DNA of 64,000 nt from Gammaproteobacteria bacterium (GTDB lineage: Bacteria > Pseudomonadota > Gammaproteobacteria > Steroidobacterales > Steroidobacteraceae), in NCBI GenBank assembly GCA_947469285.1, contig CANIOW010000008.1, positions 16,883 to 80,882 of the forward strand. The letters run 5' to 3'. A program made the translations under genes and the position numbers. The notes beneath the pieces were generated by a model. That model was not told the DNA's origin, did no database searches, and saw nothing but the letters and a program-made list of their open reading frames with translations. Below are positions 55,950 through 64,000 of the stretch, one piece after another; the first letter of the stretch is position 1; each line of letters begins with the position of its first letter.

Positions 55950-57176
55950 TCAGGCGATGACTCCGCTGGCGAGCAGCGCCGTGAGTGTGGTCTCGCTGAC
56001 ACCCAGTTCCCGGGTGAGTACCTCCCGCGTGTGCTGCCCCAGCAACGGGGGCGCCCGTTCAAGCACGAGGTCACTCCGTGAGAAGCGGGCTGGCGGACGC
56101 ACCCCCGGCGCCAGACCGCCACTGGCATGCGGCAGGTCCACGCGAGCGCCGCGGTGAACCACTTGGGGGTCGGCAAACACTTCCGCCAAATTTTGGATTG
56201 GGCCGCACGGGACCTCGCGCGCGGTCAGTGCCACCAGCCACTCGGCCGTGTCGCGTTTGGCCAGCCAGGCCGACACGTGGGCCACCACCTCGCCACGATG
56301 TTTGACCCGTGCAGCATTGGTCTGGAAGCGCGGGTCATCCGCCACGCTCCCCGCCCCGGCTTCAAGGCACAGGCTACGGAACTGGCGGTCGTTGCCCACC
56401 GCCAACACCAAATGTCCGTTGCGCGTTGGGAAGACTTGGTACGGCACGATGTTCGGATGTGAATTACCCTGGCGTTCGGGCGACTGGCCGCTGACCAAGT
56501 AATTGCTGGCCTGATTGGCCAGCCAAGCGACCTGCGTGTCCAGCAGCGCCAGGTCAATGACCTGACCCCGCCCGGAGCGGTCGCGCTCGTACAGCGCGGC
56601 GAGAATGGCGGTGACGGCATACATGCCCGTCATGAGGTCGGCGACGGCCACGCCAACGCGTTGTGGTCCCCCGCCTGGCACTCCATCGGGTAGACCGGTA
56701 ACACTCATCAGACCACCCCGCGCCTGGATCATGGCGTCGTAGCCGGGGGCAGCAGCCTCCGGACCATCTTGCCCGAAGGCCGTGATGCTGCAGTACACCA
56801 ACCGTGGCTGGGCAGCGCACAAGGTAGCGGCATCCAGTCCATAGCGGGCCAGGCCGCCGACTTTGTAGTTTTCGACCAGAACATCCGCGCACAGGGCTAG
56901 TTGCCGCACCAGTGCCTGACCTTCCGTCTTCGACAGGTCGATGGCCAGGGATTGCTTGCCGCGGTTGGCCGCCAGGAAATAGGCCGACTCCCGCGTCGGC
57001 TGGCCGGCACCATCGGCCAACCACGGCGGGCCCCAGCCGCGGGTGTCATCCCCACTGCCGGGTTTCTCCACTTTCCAGACTTCGGCGCCATAGTCAGCGA
57101 GGCACTGTGTGGCCCAAGGGCCCGCCAGTACCCGGCTCAGATCGAGGACGCGCACGCCCTGTAAAGGTCCCTTCAA
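55950..57176 (-). CDS. CoA-transferase family III (CaiB/BaiF-type) protein
   Basis: No in-frame ATG lies near the conserved N-terminus. TTG at 57176 with GGGAGA 6 nt upstream gives (M)KGPLQGVRVLDLSRVLAGPWATQ. About 408 aa, typical for the family. Confidence 0.8.
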   Translation of the reverse strand: MKGPLQGVRVLDLSRVLAGPWATQCLADYGAEVWKVEKPGSGDDTRGWGPPWLADGAGQPTRESAYFLAANRGKQSLAIDLSKTEGQALVRQLALCADVLVENYKVGGLARYGLDAATLCAAQPRLVYCSITAFGQDGPEAAAPGYDAMIQARGGLMSVTGLPDGVPGGGPQRVGVAVADLMTGMYAVTAILAALYERDRSGRGQVIDLALLDTQVAWLANQASNYLVSGQSPERQGNSHPNIVPYQVFPTRNGHLVLAVGNDRQFRSLCLEAGAGSVADDPRFQTNAARVKHRGEVVAHVSAWLAKRDTAEWLVALTAREVPCGPIQNLAEVFADPQVVHRGARVDLPHASGGLAPGVRPPARFSRSDLVLERAPPLLGQHTREVLTRELGVSETTLTALLASGVIA

Positions 57177-57355
57177 GTCGATTCTCCCGCAGGTGTCTGG
57201 TGCCGGTGGGCGCGCGCGGATTCCCGCCCCCCGCTCCCACCCTCCCAGGCGGGGCTGCTGAGCGACCGGTGAGCAGTTTGCTGTAAAAATGGCTGGCCGA
57301 TGGCAAAAGTAGCATTGCGGTTCCGGGGCGCGCAACGGCGCACACTACGGCTGGT

Positions 57356-57385
57356 TTGACTTTTAGGGGTGAAATCGCCTATTTT
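57356..57385 (+). promoter_or_regulatory. Candidate sigma70 promoter for etfBA
   Basis: TTGACT, an 18-nt spacer, then TATTTT, about 70 nt upstream of the etfB ATG (which has a GAGGAG SD). Confidence 0.4.
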
Positions 57386-57452
57386 TCGCGGCGCAAAACA
57401 CCTGTACATAGTGGCCCTGCAACCCGCGTTGCTGGGCCGTGAGGAGAGCTGA

Positions 57453-58202
57453 ATGCGAAGAATTCTGGTGGGAATCAAACGCGTCGTGGACTACAGCGTC
57501 CGTGTACGGGTTAAGCCTGACGGCACGGGCGTTGCCCTGGATGGCGTCAAGATGAGCATCAACCCCTTCGACGAGATTGCTCTCGAAGAAGCTTTGCGCA
57601 TGAAAGAGCGTGGCGAAGCGGATGAAGTGGTGGCCATGTCCATCGGGCCGGAGGAAGCCCAACAGCAGTTACGTACCGCCTTGGCGATGGGCGCCGACCG
57701 CGCCATCCTCGTCAAGTCCGACACGGCCGTCGAGCCCCTCACCGCGGCGCAGGTGTTCACCGCCATTGCCCGCGCCGAAGACGCCCGCCTGGTGCTGGTA
57801 GGTAAGCAGGCGATCGACGATGACGCCAACCAGACCGGCCAGATGCTGGCGGCGCTGTGGGGTCGCCCACAGGCGACCTTCGCCTCTAAGGTCGAGGTGC
57901 TAGGCGAGGTGTTGCGGGTGACGCGTGAAGTCGACGCAGGTTTGGAGACACTCGAGATCGATCTGCCAGCGGTGGTCACCGTCGATCTGCGGTTGAATGA
58001 ACCGCGTTACGTGAAACTCCCAGACATCATGAAGGCCAAGAAAAAGCCGCTCGATGTGAAATCGTTTGCTGACTACGGCGTGGAACCGACCGAGCGTTTG
58101 AAGGTCACCTTGTACGTGGCACCGGCCACGCGTAGCAAGGGCATCATGGTTAAGAGCGTCGCCGAACTGGTGGACGTACTGAAGAAGAAGGGGCTTGCCT
58201 GA
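57453..58202 (+). CDS. etfB: Electron transfer flavoprotein beta subunit
   Basis: [13 protein letters not shown]...[16 protein letters not shown]...[17 protein letters not shown]. 249 aa. Confidence 0.95.
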   Translation: MRRILVGIKRVVDYSVRVRVKPDGTGVALDGVKMSINPFDEIALEEALRMKERGEADEVVAMSIGPEEAQQQLRTALAMGADRAILVKSDTAVEPLTAAQVFTAIARAEDARLVLVGKQAIDDDANQTGQMLAALWGRPQATFASKVEVLGEVLRVTREVDAGLETLEIDLPAVVTVDLRLNEPRYVKLPDIMKAKKKPLDVKSFADYGVEPTERLKVTLYVAPATRSKGIMVKSVAELVDVLKKKGLA

Positions 58203-58203
58203 C

Positions 58204-59154
58204 ATGTCGATCAAGGTATTGGTGGTTGCCGACCATGACGGCAACAAGCTGAATGCGGGCACCGCGCGTGCGGTCAAAGCCGCAGTGTCGGTACCAGGCG
58301 CCGAAGTCCATGTGCTGGTGCTGGCAGCCGCCGGCGCCGCAGTGGCCGCTGCGGCGGCGGAACTTGCCGGCGTTGCGCGGGTGCTGCAGGCGGACCGCGC
58401 GGAGAATGCGCACCTGATGGCCGCCACGCTGGCACCGCAGGTGGTGGCGCTGGCCGCGGGCTACACCCATGTGTTTGGTCCCTCCAGCAGCTTCGGCAAG
58501 GACCTGCTCCCGCGGGTGGCGGCATTGCTCGGCGTGGCACAAATTTCGGATCTCATGTCCGTTGAAGGTACGTACACCTTCAAGCGGCCTATCTATGCCG
58601 GTAATGCCATCATCACAGTGGAAGCACCCGCAGACCAGGTAGTGGTCGCCACGGTGCGCACCGCGTCGTTTGAAGCCGCCGCCGACGGTGGCCAGGCAGT
58701 CATCGAAGCGGTGTCAACGACGGTTGCCTTACCAACGCACACCCGTTTTGTGAGTGTGCAGTCGGCCAAGAGTGACCGTCCGGACTTGCAGAGTGCAGCG
58801 AAAGTGGTGTCGGGTGGACGCGCGCTAGGCAGTAAAGAACAGTTCGAGCTGGTTTTTCGTCTGGCGGATCAGATGGGTGCCGCCGTCGGCGCATCGCGTG
58901 CGGCGGTGGACGCCGGGTATGCACCGAACGAATTACAGGTCGGGCAGACTGGCAAGATCATTGCACCAGAACTGTATCTGGCGGTGGGCATATCGGGCGC
59001 CATCCAGCATCTGACTGGCATCAAGGACGCGAAGACCATCGTCGCCATCAACAAAGACCCAGAGGCGCCGATCTTCGAAGTGGCGGACATCGGTTTGGTG
59101 GCCGACCTGTTTGTCGTGGTGCCAGAGCTGCAAGCCACACTCGCTGCGGGGTGA
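58204..59154 (+). CDS. etfA: Electron transfer flavoprotein alpha subunit
   Basis: Start at [12 protein letters not shown], 1 nt after the etfB stop codon. FAD-binding C-terminus [40 protein letters not shown]. Confidence 0.95.
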   Translation: MSIKVLVVADHDGNKLNAGTARAVKAAVSVPGAEVHVLVLAAAGAAVAAAAAELAGVARVLQADRAENAHLMAATLAPQVVALAAGYTHVFGPSSSFGKDLLPRVAALLGVAQISDLMSVEGTYTFKRPIYAGNAIITVEAPADQVVVATVRTASFEAAADGGQAVIEAVSTTVALPTHTRFVSVQSAKSDRPDLQSAAKVVSGGRALGSKEQFELVFRLADQMGAAVGASRAAVDAGYAPNELQVGQTGKIIAPELYLAVGISGAIQHLTGIKDAKTIVAINKDPEAPIFEVADIGLVADLFVVVPELQATLAAG

Positions 59155-59208
59155 GCCTGTCCCCTGCGCTGCCAGCCGCTGGTGGTGAGAGAGGGCTGGT
59201 CATCAATA

Positions 59209-59235
59209 GAACAGGGCGCCACTGGCGCCCTGTTC
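59209..59235. terminator. Bidirectional intrinsic terminator between etfA and the peroxiredoxin gene
   Basis: GAACAGGGCGCC-act-GGCGCCCTGTTC forms a 12-bp stem, followed by GTTTG. Confidence 0.6.
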
Positions 59236-59263
59236 GTTTGACGGGCGATATTCGCCAGTTGGC

Positions 59264-59746
59264 TTAGAGCTGGCCGAGCACGTAGTCGGCGGCGCTCACC
59301 TTGAACTGCCCAGCTGCTTCGATATGCAGTTGGGTGACGACGCCATTCTTGGCGACAAACGCGAAGCGCTGACCACGTTGACCCATGCCAAAACCCGAGG
59401 CATCGAGCCCGAGGCCTAGTGCCTTGGTGAAATCGCCATTGCCATCCGCCAGCATGGTGAGCTTGTCGTTCACCTGCGACGCCTTGGCCCAGGCATTCAT
59501 CACGAAGACATCGTTGACCGCGAGGCAGGCGATGGTATCCACGCCCTTGGCAGCAAAAGCGTCTGCATGCTCCAAGAAACCCGGCAGATGACGCGCATCG
59601 CAGGTGGGAGTGAAGGCACCAGGCACTGAGAACACCACCACGGTTTTGTCTGCGAACAGAGCGTCGCTGCTCAGGTTCGCCGGACCTTCTTTGGTCATGA
59701 TCTTGAATGTTCCCGCAGGAACGCGGTCACCCACATTAATCGTCAT
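59264..59746 (-). CDS. Peroxiredoxin, Prx5-type (AhpC/TSA family)
   Basis: Start at [14 protein letters not shown] with an AAGGAG SD. Peroxidatic Cys motif PGAFTPTC. 160 aa. Confidence 0.9.
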   Translation of the reverse strand: MTINVGDRVPAGTFKIMTKEGPANLSSDALFADKTVVVFSVPGAFTPTCDARHLPGFLEHADAFAAKGVDTIACLAVNDVFVMNAWAKASQVNDKLTMLADGNGDFTKALGLGLDASGFGMGQRGQRFAFVAKNGVVTQLHIEAAGQFKVSAADYVLGQL

Positions 59747-59780
59747 TAGAAAACTCCTTGCAGCAACAATGGAAACAGCA

Positions 59781-61412
59781 TCAGCCTTTATAAGGGCGTG
59801 AAAGATAGCGGCCGCGTGGCGCACCAATGATGCGGCCTTTATCCCACACCACTTGTCCACGCAGGAACGTCGTGAGTACCTTGGCGGTCATGTGCAGACC
59901 TTCGAACGGTGTGTAGCCTTGGGTGGATTCAGAGTCGACACCGTGAATCGTCCAGTTACGGTCCGGGTCCACCAAAACAATGTCTGCATCAAAGCCAGGC
60001 GCCAAGTCACCCTTCGCTTGTAGGCCGAAGCGGCGCGCAGCATTCCAGGAAGACACTTCAGCGATGCGACCCCAATCCATGCCGCGGCGTCGTCCCTCGG
60101 AGATCAGCGCCGGCAGGAGATATTCCGCACTGCCGAAACCCGCGCGTGCTTGCAGCACGTCGGTGGGTCGTTGCGGGTCGAGTTTGAGTTCGTGACGGCA
60201 GCAGGTATGGTTGCTCGACACCCAGTGCAGTTGGCCTTCGAGCAAAGCTTGCCACAAGGCTTCGACGTCTTCGCGGGCACGTAGCGGTGGATTGATTTTG
60301 GCCAGCGCACCCACCGTAGCGTCGTGATCCAAGCAAAGATGGGCGATGCTCACCTCGCGGCGGACGTCTAGCTGCGGATAGGCGCGCGACAGGGCGAGCG
60401 CCGCTGCCAATCCGCGACGGGTGGACAGATGTAGCAGATTGACCGCTGGGCACTCCGTTTCCAGCGCGAGCTGCAGCGCCGTGGCAATGGCGACCGCCTC
60501 GGCGTGCGGTGGGTGCGCTGCGCCATGGGCGCGAAGGCCCGCCGGCTTTCCATCCTTGGTCACGCCACGGGCGTAGGCGGCAACGAGCTCTGCGGCCTCA
60601 CAGTGCAGTCCCAGCGAGAGTTCGCCGCGGCGCTCTGGGAAACGTTCTGCCACCCGACGCAAAGCGCGCATCACCGATTCCAAATACGCTAGATCCAGCT
60701 TGCCCTCGCGCCATTGCCGTGGCTCTGCTGGCGCGCCAGGGACGGCCGGGCCGGCACCAGAGGCGAAGGCCTGAAACGAAGTGATGCCGTGGGTGCCAGC
60801 CACGCCTTCGAGCTCATCGAGATGCCGCCGGTCTAGCGGGCCAATATGAAAACCATAGTCGACGTGAAAGCGCCCCTTGACGCTGGCAAATAACGCCGGC
60901 AAGGCGGTGGTGTAGGGGATGCTGGCTTCAAGCGCTGGCTGACCATCGCGCACGTAACAGAGGCTGGTGGTCACGCCCCCTTGCGCCATGGCACGGCTTT
61001 CACTCGCCGCATCTTCTTCCAGCGGCGCGTAAACCCCGAGGTGCACGTTGGCATCTACCAGTCCGGGAAAGGCGAGCATTCCCTGACCGTCGTGAATGCG
61101 TTTGGCCTGGCCAACCGGCAAGCCCCGGCCGACGCGCGCAATTCGTCCGGCGCGAACGGCTACGTCGGCCAGCGCCGCTCCCGACTTACCCGGCCGGACC
61201 ACGCGCACGTCGCGGATCAGTAAGTCCCACTGCTCGCTGGAATTGCTGGGCACCACCACGGGTGCTGGGGTGGGTTTGACCATGGCAGTTTTGACAGCCA
61301 ATGGCTTCGCCGTCACCGCTTTTACGCTCTGCGGTTTTAGCGCGGCTTTCGGTGCGGCTTTCGGCGCCAGCGGTGCGGTCTTGGCGCTCTTGCGCGGGGT
61401 TTTCAATGACAT
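59781..61412 (-). CDS. Cyclic amidohydrolase (hydantoinase/dihydropyrimidinase/allantoinase)-like protein with a degenerate metal centre and a Lys/Ala/Pro-rich N-terminal tail
   Basis: Family-like blocks are present: PGLVD-x-x-VH, GGVTTS, GITSF-x-AF, LGLHCE, LLHLSTRRG, KINPPLR, VSS-x-H. The expected H-x-H reads N-V-H, the expected carboxylated Lys reads Gln (SFQAF), and the expected D-H reads N-H. The first 60 aa or so are KAAPKAALKP-like. Confidence 0.7.
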   Translation of the reverse strand: MSLKTPRKSAKTAPLAPKAAPKAALKPQSVKAVTAKPLAVKTAMVKPTPAPVVVPSNSSEQWDLLIRDVRVVRPGKSGAALADVAVRAGRIARVGRGLPVGQAKRIHDGQGMLAFPGLVDANVHLGVYAPLEEDAASESRAMAQGGVTTSLCYVRDGQPALEASIPYTTALPALFASVKGRFHVDYGFHIGPLDRRHLDELEGVAGTHGITSFQAFASGAGPAVPGAPAEPRQWREGKLDLAYLESVMRALRRVAERFPERRGELSLGLHCEAAELVAAYARGVTKDGKPAGLRAHGAAHPPHAEAVAIATALQLALETECPAVNLLHLSTRRGLAAALALSRAYPQLDVRREVSIAHLCLDHDATVGALAKINPPLRAREDVEALWQALLEGQLHWVSSNHTCCRHELKLDPQRPTDVLQARAGFGSAEYLLPALISEGRRRGMDWGRIAEVSSWNAARRFGLQAKGDLAPGFDADIVLVDPDRNWTIHGVDSESTQGYTPFEGLHMTAKVLTTFLRGQVVWDKGRIIGAPRGRYLSRPYKG

Positions 61413-61499
61413 GGGCCTAGTTTAACCGCTCATTCAGTGGGTTGCGCGGCTCTCACGCGAGCCCGCGTCCTTGTACTGGACGGTGTCCTGCTGGGAGTT

Positions 61500-62129
61500 T
61501 CAGCGGCGCAACGCACCGCGCGCTGCGAGAATATGTGAGCGCATGACCGAGGTCGCCCAGTCGCTGTCCCGGGCTTCCAGCGCCAGCACGATTTCCAAGT
61601 GATGGACTGCGCTGCGCTCGAGGTCTTCCGGCCGGTACTTCAAAAAGGTTTTCATGATCAGCGAAGCCTCGAGCAGCGCCGACAGGGCGCGGGACAGCCG
61701 GGGACTGCCGGCGGCCTCCTGCAGCCGCCGGTGGAAACGGCTGTTCAGCTCGCCGATTCGCTCGATGTGGCCCTCGCCGCGTAGCAGGCTGTGGTGGTGC
61801 TGTTCTTCGGCGAGGCGGCGCAGCTCCAGGATCTGGGCCGGCGTGGCACGTTTGGCCGCACGGGCGGCCCCATGGGCTTCCAGCATCGCCCGCAACTCGA
61901 ACACCTCGTCCGTGTCGACGTCGGTCCAGTCGGTGACCACGGCGCCATGGTTGGGCTGGAACTCCACGAGGCCTTCGCCATGCAGGCGGCGCAGCGCTTC
62001 GCGCACCGGGGTGCGGCTGACCCCCGCGGCCTCGGCGATATCCTGCTCCGTCACCCGGCTCGAAGGCGGATACCGGCCGCTGATGATGCCATCGCGCACC
62101 GTGTGGTAAGCCTGATCAACTGCGCGCAT
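61500..62129 (-). CDS. GntR-family transcriptional regulator (FCD subfamily)
   Basis: HTH ...VTEQDIAEAAGVSRTPVREALRRLHGEGLV plus a helical FCD-like C-domain. 209 aa. Confidence 0.88.
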   Translation of the reverse strand: MRAVDQAYHTVRDGIISGRYPPSSRVTEQDIAEAAGVSRTPVREALRRLHGEGLVEFQPNHGAVVTDWTDVDTDEVFELRAMLEAHGAARAAKRATPAQILELRRLAEEQHHHSLLRGEGHIERIGELNSRFHRRLQEAAGSPRLSRALSALLEASLIMKTFLKYRPEDLERSAVHHLEIVLALEARDSDWATSVMRSHILAARGALRR

Positions 62130-62155
62130 ACGGTCATCCTCTGGAAGAGAGGAAG

Positions 62156-62163
62156 TGTATACA
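62156..62163. promoter_or_regulatory. Perfect palindrome TGTATACA (GT-N-AC type, candidate GntR operator)
   Basis: Read directly, 27 nt upstream of the GntR start codon, at the edge of a very AT-rich divergent intergenic region. Confidence 0.3.
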
Positions 62164-62339
62164 AGCGAACCGCCAGAAGGGGAGCTTTACACGATAGCGA
62201 TATCTTATATAAGTTTATTTATCAACTAGTTATATTTTTAATCTCGATTAACTTTCACTCATAAAGGGCCGTTGCCGGCGCGAGTGGGGTGTGAAACAAT
62301 GATGATGTCCGTACATTTGTTTACTCTTGGAAGCCAGCT

Positions 62340-63143
62340 ATGCCAGTCGCTCACCTGAACGGTCATGAGATGTATTACGAGGTTTTGGGTGAGGGAGAGC
62401 CCGTGCTGTGTATGGGTGGTTGGGGCACGTTCTGCCATGACAACCACAGCCATCTGGCGCGCGGGCTGACGGAACGCTACCAAGTGATTGTGTTCGACTA
62501 TCGTGGCATTCGCGACAGCGGCGACGACCTAACCGTGCCCTCCACCATGGCATTGCACGCCGGGGATGCTATCGCCCTCCTCGACCATCTGGGGCTGAAG
62601 CAGGTGCATCTGGTGGGCCTGGTCGGGATGGGCGCCTGCATTTGTCAGGAAATTGCCATTCGCCGCCCGGATCTCGCCCGCAGCATGGTGAACATGGGGG
62701 CCTGGTGCGAAGTGGATGCTTTCCTGCGCGACCAACTCGAGATGTTCCGTTGGCTGCACCGCGATCTGGGGTTCAGCGCCTTTCAAAAAGCCGTCACGCT
62801 GCTGTCCTTCACCGGCGACTACTACAACGCCAACAAGGACAAGCTGGTGGGCCCGCAGGGCGGTTGGAAGGAGCTCAACGGGCGCTACGTGGCGCATAGC
62901 CGGCTGATCGACGCCTGTGTGAACTTCGAATCGCGCAGCCGCTTGCACCAGATACGCTGCCCGGCGCTCATCCTTCATGCCGCGCTCGATTACGTGACCA
63001 GCCCCACTTATACCCGGCCCATTGAGGCGGCCATTCCCGGCGCCGAGGGCTTTCTAATGGCGGACGTGGCCCATGTGGTAGCGGGCAAAGCACAGAAGCA
63101 GCGGTTTGGGGAGGCGCTGTTTGGTTTTTTGAACCGGCACTGA
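62340..63143 (+). CDS. Alpha/beta-hydrolase-fold protein lacking the canonical nucleophile serine
   Basis: Typical fold landmarks are present: EPVLCMGGWG, VIVFDYRGIRDSG, QVHLVG..., the acid region LILHAALDYV, and a C-terminal His in DVAHVV. The elbow reads HLVGLVGMGACIC rather than HLVGHSMGG. Confidence 0.75.
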   Translation: MPVAHLNGHEMYYEVLGEGEPVLCMGGWGTFCHDNHSHLARGLTERYQVIVFDYRGIRDSGDDLTVPSTMALHAGDAIALLDHLGLKQVHLVGLVGMGACICQEIAIRRPDLARSMVNMGAWCEVDAFLRDQLEMFRWLHRDLGFSAFQKAVTLLSFTGDYYNANKDKLVGPQGGWKELNGRYVAHSRLIDACVNFESRSRLHQIRCPALILHAALDYVTSPTYTRPIEAAIPGAEGFLMADVAHVVAGKAQKQRFGEALFGFLNRH

Positions 63144-63181
63144 CCCAGCGGCGACGGTCCGCCGTCTAGGGGCCGCACCAT

Positions 63182-63217
63182 AAAAAAAGGACCCGCTAAA
63201 GCGGGTCCTTTTTGTTT
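63182..63217. terminator. Bidirectional intrinsic terminator
   Basis: AAAAAAA-GGACCCGC-taaa-GCGGGTCC-TTTTTGTTTT lies between the convergent hydrolase and TonB-receptor genes. Confidence 0.85.
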
Positions 63218-63264
63218 TCTCGGCAACCCCGAGAGCGCTACCGCCCCCGGGGTTGAAACGACGG

Positions 63265-64000
63265 TTATTTGCCGCCGAAGTTCACACCGAACTGCACGCC
63301 GAAGTTGCGCGGAGCGCCCCACTGCGTGTGCGTCCACAACGTCGCCACCGTCTGGCTGGCAACGCGGTAACGCCGGTCGGTGAGGTTCTTGCCGTAGGCA
63401 CGGACGAAGTACTTGTCATCGGCCGAGGTCCAAGTGGCACCCGTGCTGAACAACACCTTGCTGTCGAGATAGGCGTCGTAGTCGCGACCGGCCGCCGAGA
63501 CGTAGTACAGGTTGCGGGCTTCGTAGTAGCCCTCGCCCGTTAGCTCAATCTTGGAGCCGCTGGCCAGATCCATGCGGTAGGTACCGCTGATCGACAGGCT
63601 GCTCTTCGGCGAACGCGGCACCGACAGACCCGTGAAGTCGCCATTGAACGCCAGGATCGTGACCTGATCGACGCCAGTGCCCTGAGTCAGCTCCGGCTGG
63701 TTAATGACAAAGCTGTCGTACTTGGCATCGAGCCAAGAACCAGCGGCCTTGATGCGGAAGTTGTCGGTGATGAGCGCCTGGACTTCCAGTTCCACACCCT
63801 TCGCCGTCACCTTGGCCGCATTAAAGAACACCGTTTCCTGGAACTGAGACCCACTCTTGACGGTCAGGATGTTCACCGCGCGCTGCACGTCCGAGTACTT
63901 CGTCATGAAGAACGTCGGGTTGATGCGCAGCCGCTTGTTTTCCGACTCGAACTTGAAGCCCAGCTCGTAGTTGGTCGCGTACTCCGGGTTCACCGGGCGG
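63265..64000 (-). CDS. TonB-dependent receptor, C-terminal beta-barrel portion (gene continues beyond the window end)
   Basis: The frame is open through base 64000. Has repetitive beta-strand pattern and a C-terminus ...WGAPRNFGVQFGVNFGGK with an aromatic near the end, typical of TBDR barrels. Confidence 0.8.
   Translation of the reverse strand, partial: RPVNPEYATNYELGFKFESENKRLRINPTFFMTKYSDVQRAVNILTVKSGSQFQETVFFNAAKVTAKGVELEVQALITDNFRIKAAGSWLDAKYDSFVINQPELTQGTGVDQVTILAFNGDFTGLSVPRSPKSSLSISGTYRMDLASGSKIELTGEGYYEARNLYYVSAAGRDYDAYLDSKVLFSTGATWTSADDKYFVRAYGKNLTDRRYRVASQTVATLWTHTQWGAPRNFGVQFGVNFGGK

Noticed and set aside
1-64000. Search by eye for CRISPR arrays, rRNA operons, IS elements/transposases, integrases, prophage genes, and toxin-antitoxin or restriction-modification modules
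   Set aside because: I saw no regularly spaced direct repeats, no transposase, integrase or phage-like ORFs, and no terminal inverted repeats. The only mobile-element-like signal is the small tRNA-flanked islet reported above.

Overview
This 64 kb window is a high-G+C chromosomal segment. Gene order suggests a Xanthomonadales-like gammaproteobacterium: uvrC-pgsA-tRNA(Gly,Cys), fabD-fabG-acpP-fabF-pabB-pabC-mltG-tmk-holB-pilZ, and an xps/gsp-type pseudopilin block. That taxonomic call is inference only. Coding is dense, at about 63 CDS plus 3 tRNAs, and many genes overlap by ATGA/GTGA, which implies translational coupling.

Content in order:
- mazG 3' end.
- Two secreted proteins, a PhoPQ-like two-component system and hrpA.
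- A lysine-catabolic pair: a saccharopine-dehydrogenase-family gene plus ALDH7-type amaB.
- Class II DAHP synthase and rluE.
- A RamB-like XRE regulator divergent from the glyoxylate shunt genes aceB-aceA.
- udg, uvrC, pgsA, tRNA-Gly and tRNA-Cys.
- A small lower-GC two-gene membrane islet, then tRNA-Leu on the opposite strand and a GntR regulator.
- The full ccmABCDEFGHI operon, fused to a TLC/MFS-like transporter and a tripartite MacAB-like efflux system.
- A MarR regulator, a hypothetical protein, a TIR-like protein and an EEP-family protein.
- A FadB-like enzyme, a cNMP-binding/rhodanese protein and a lipoprotein.
- The pilZ-to-fabD core operon on the minus strand.
- gspGHIJKLMN.
- alaA-like aminotransferase, a family III CoA-transferase and etfBA.
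- A Prx5-type peroxiredoxin, a degenerate cyclic-amidohydrolase-like protein, a second GntR regulator, an atypical alpha/beta-fold protein and the 3' end of a TonB-dependent receptor.

I saw no CRISPR array, rRNA, transposase or integrase. Most of the window is ordinary core genome.

The items most worth a second look are:
- the tRNA-flanked islet, which has an att-like repeat and a G9 tract inside its first gene;
- the hydantoinase-like protein, which lacks three metal-centre residues and carries a Lys/Ala/Pro-rich tail;
- the orphan TIR-like gene;
- the T2SS block, which lacks secretin, ATPase and platform genes.

All domain calls come from reading motifs by eye. No searches were run.
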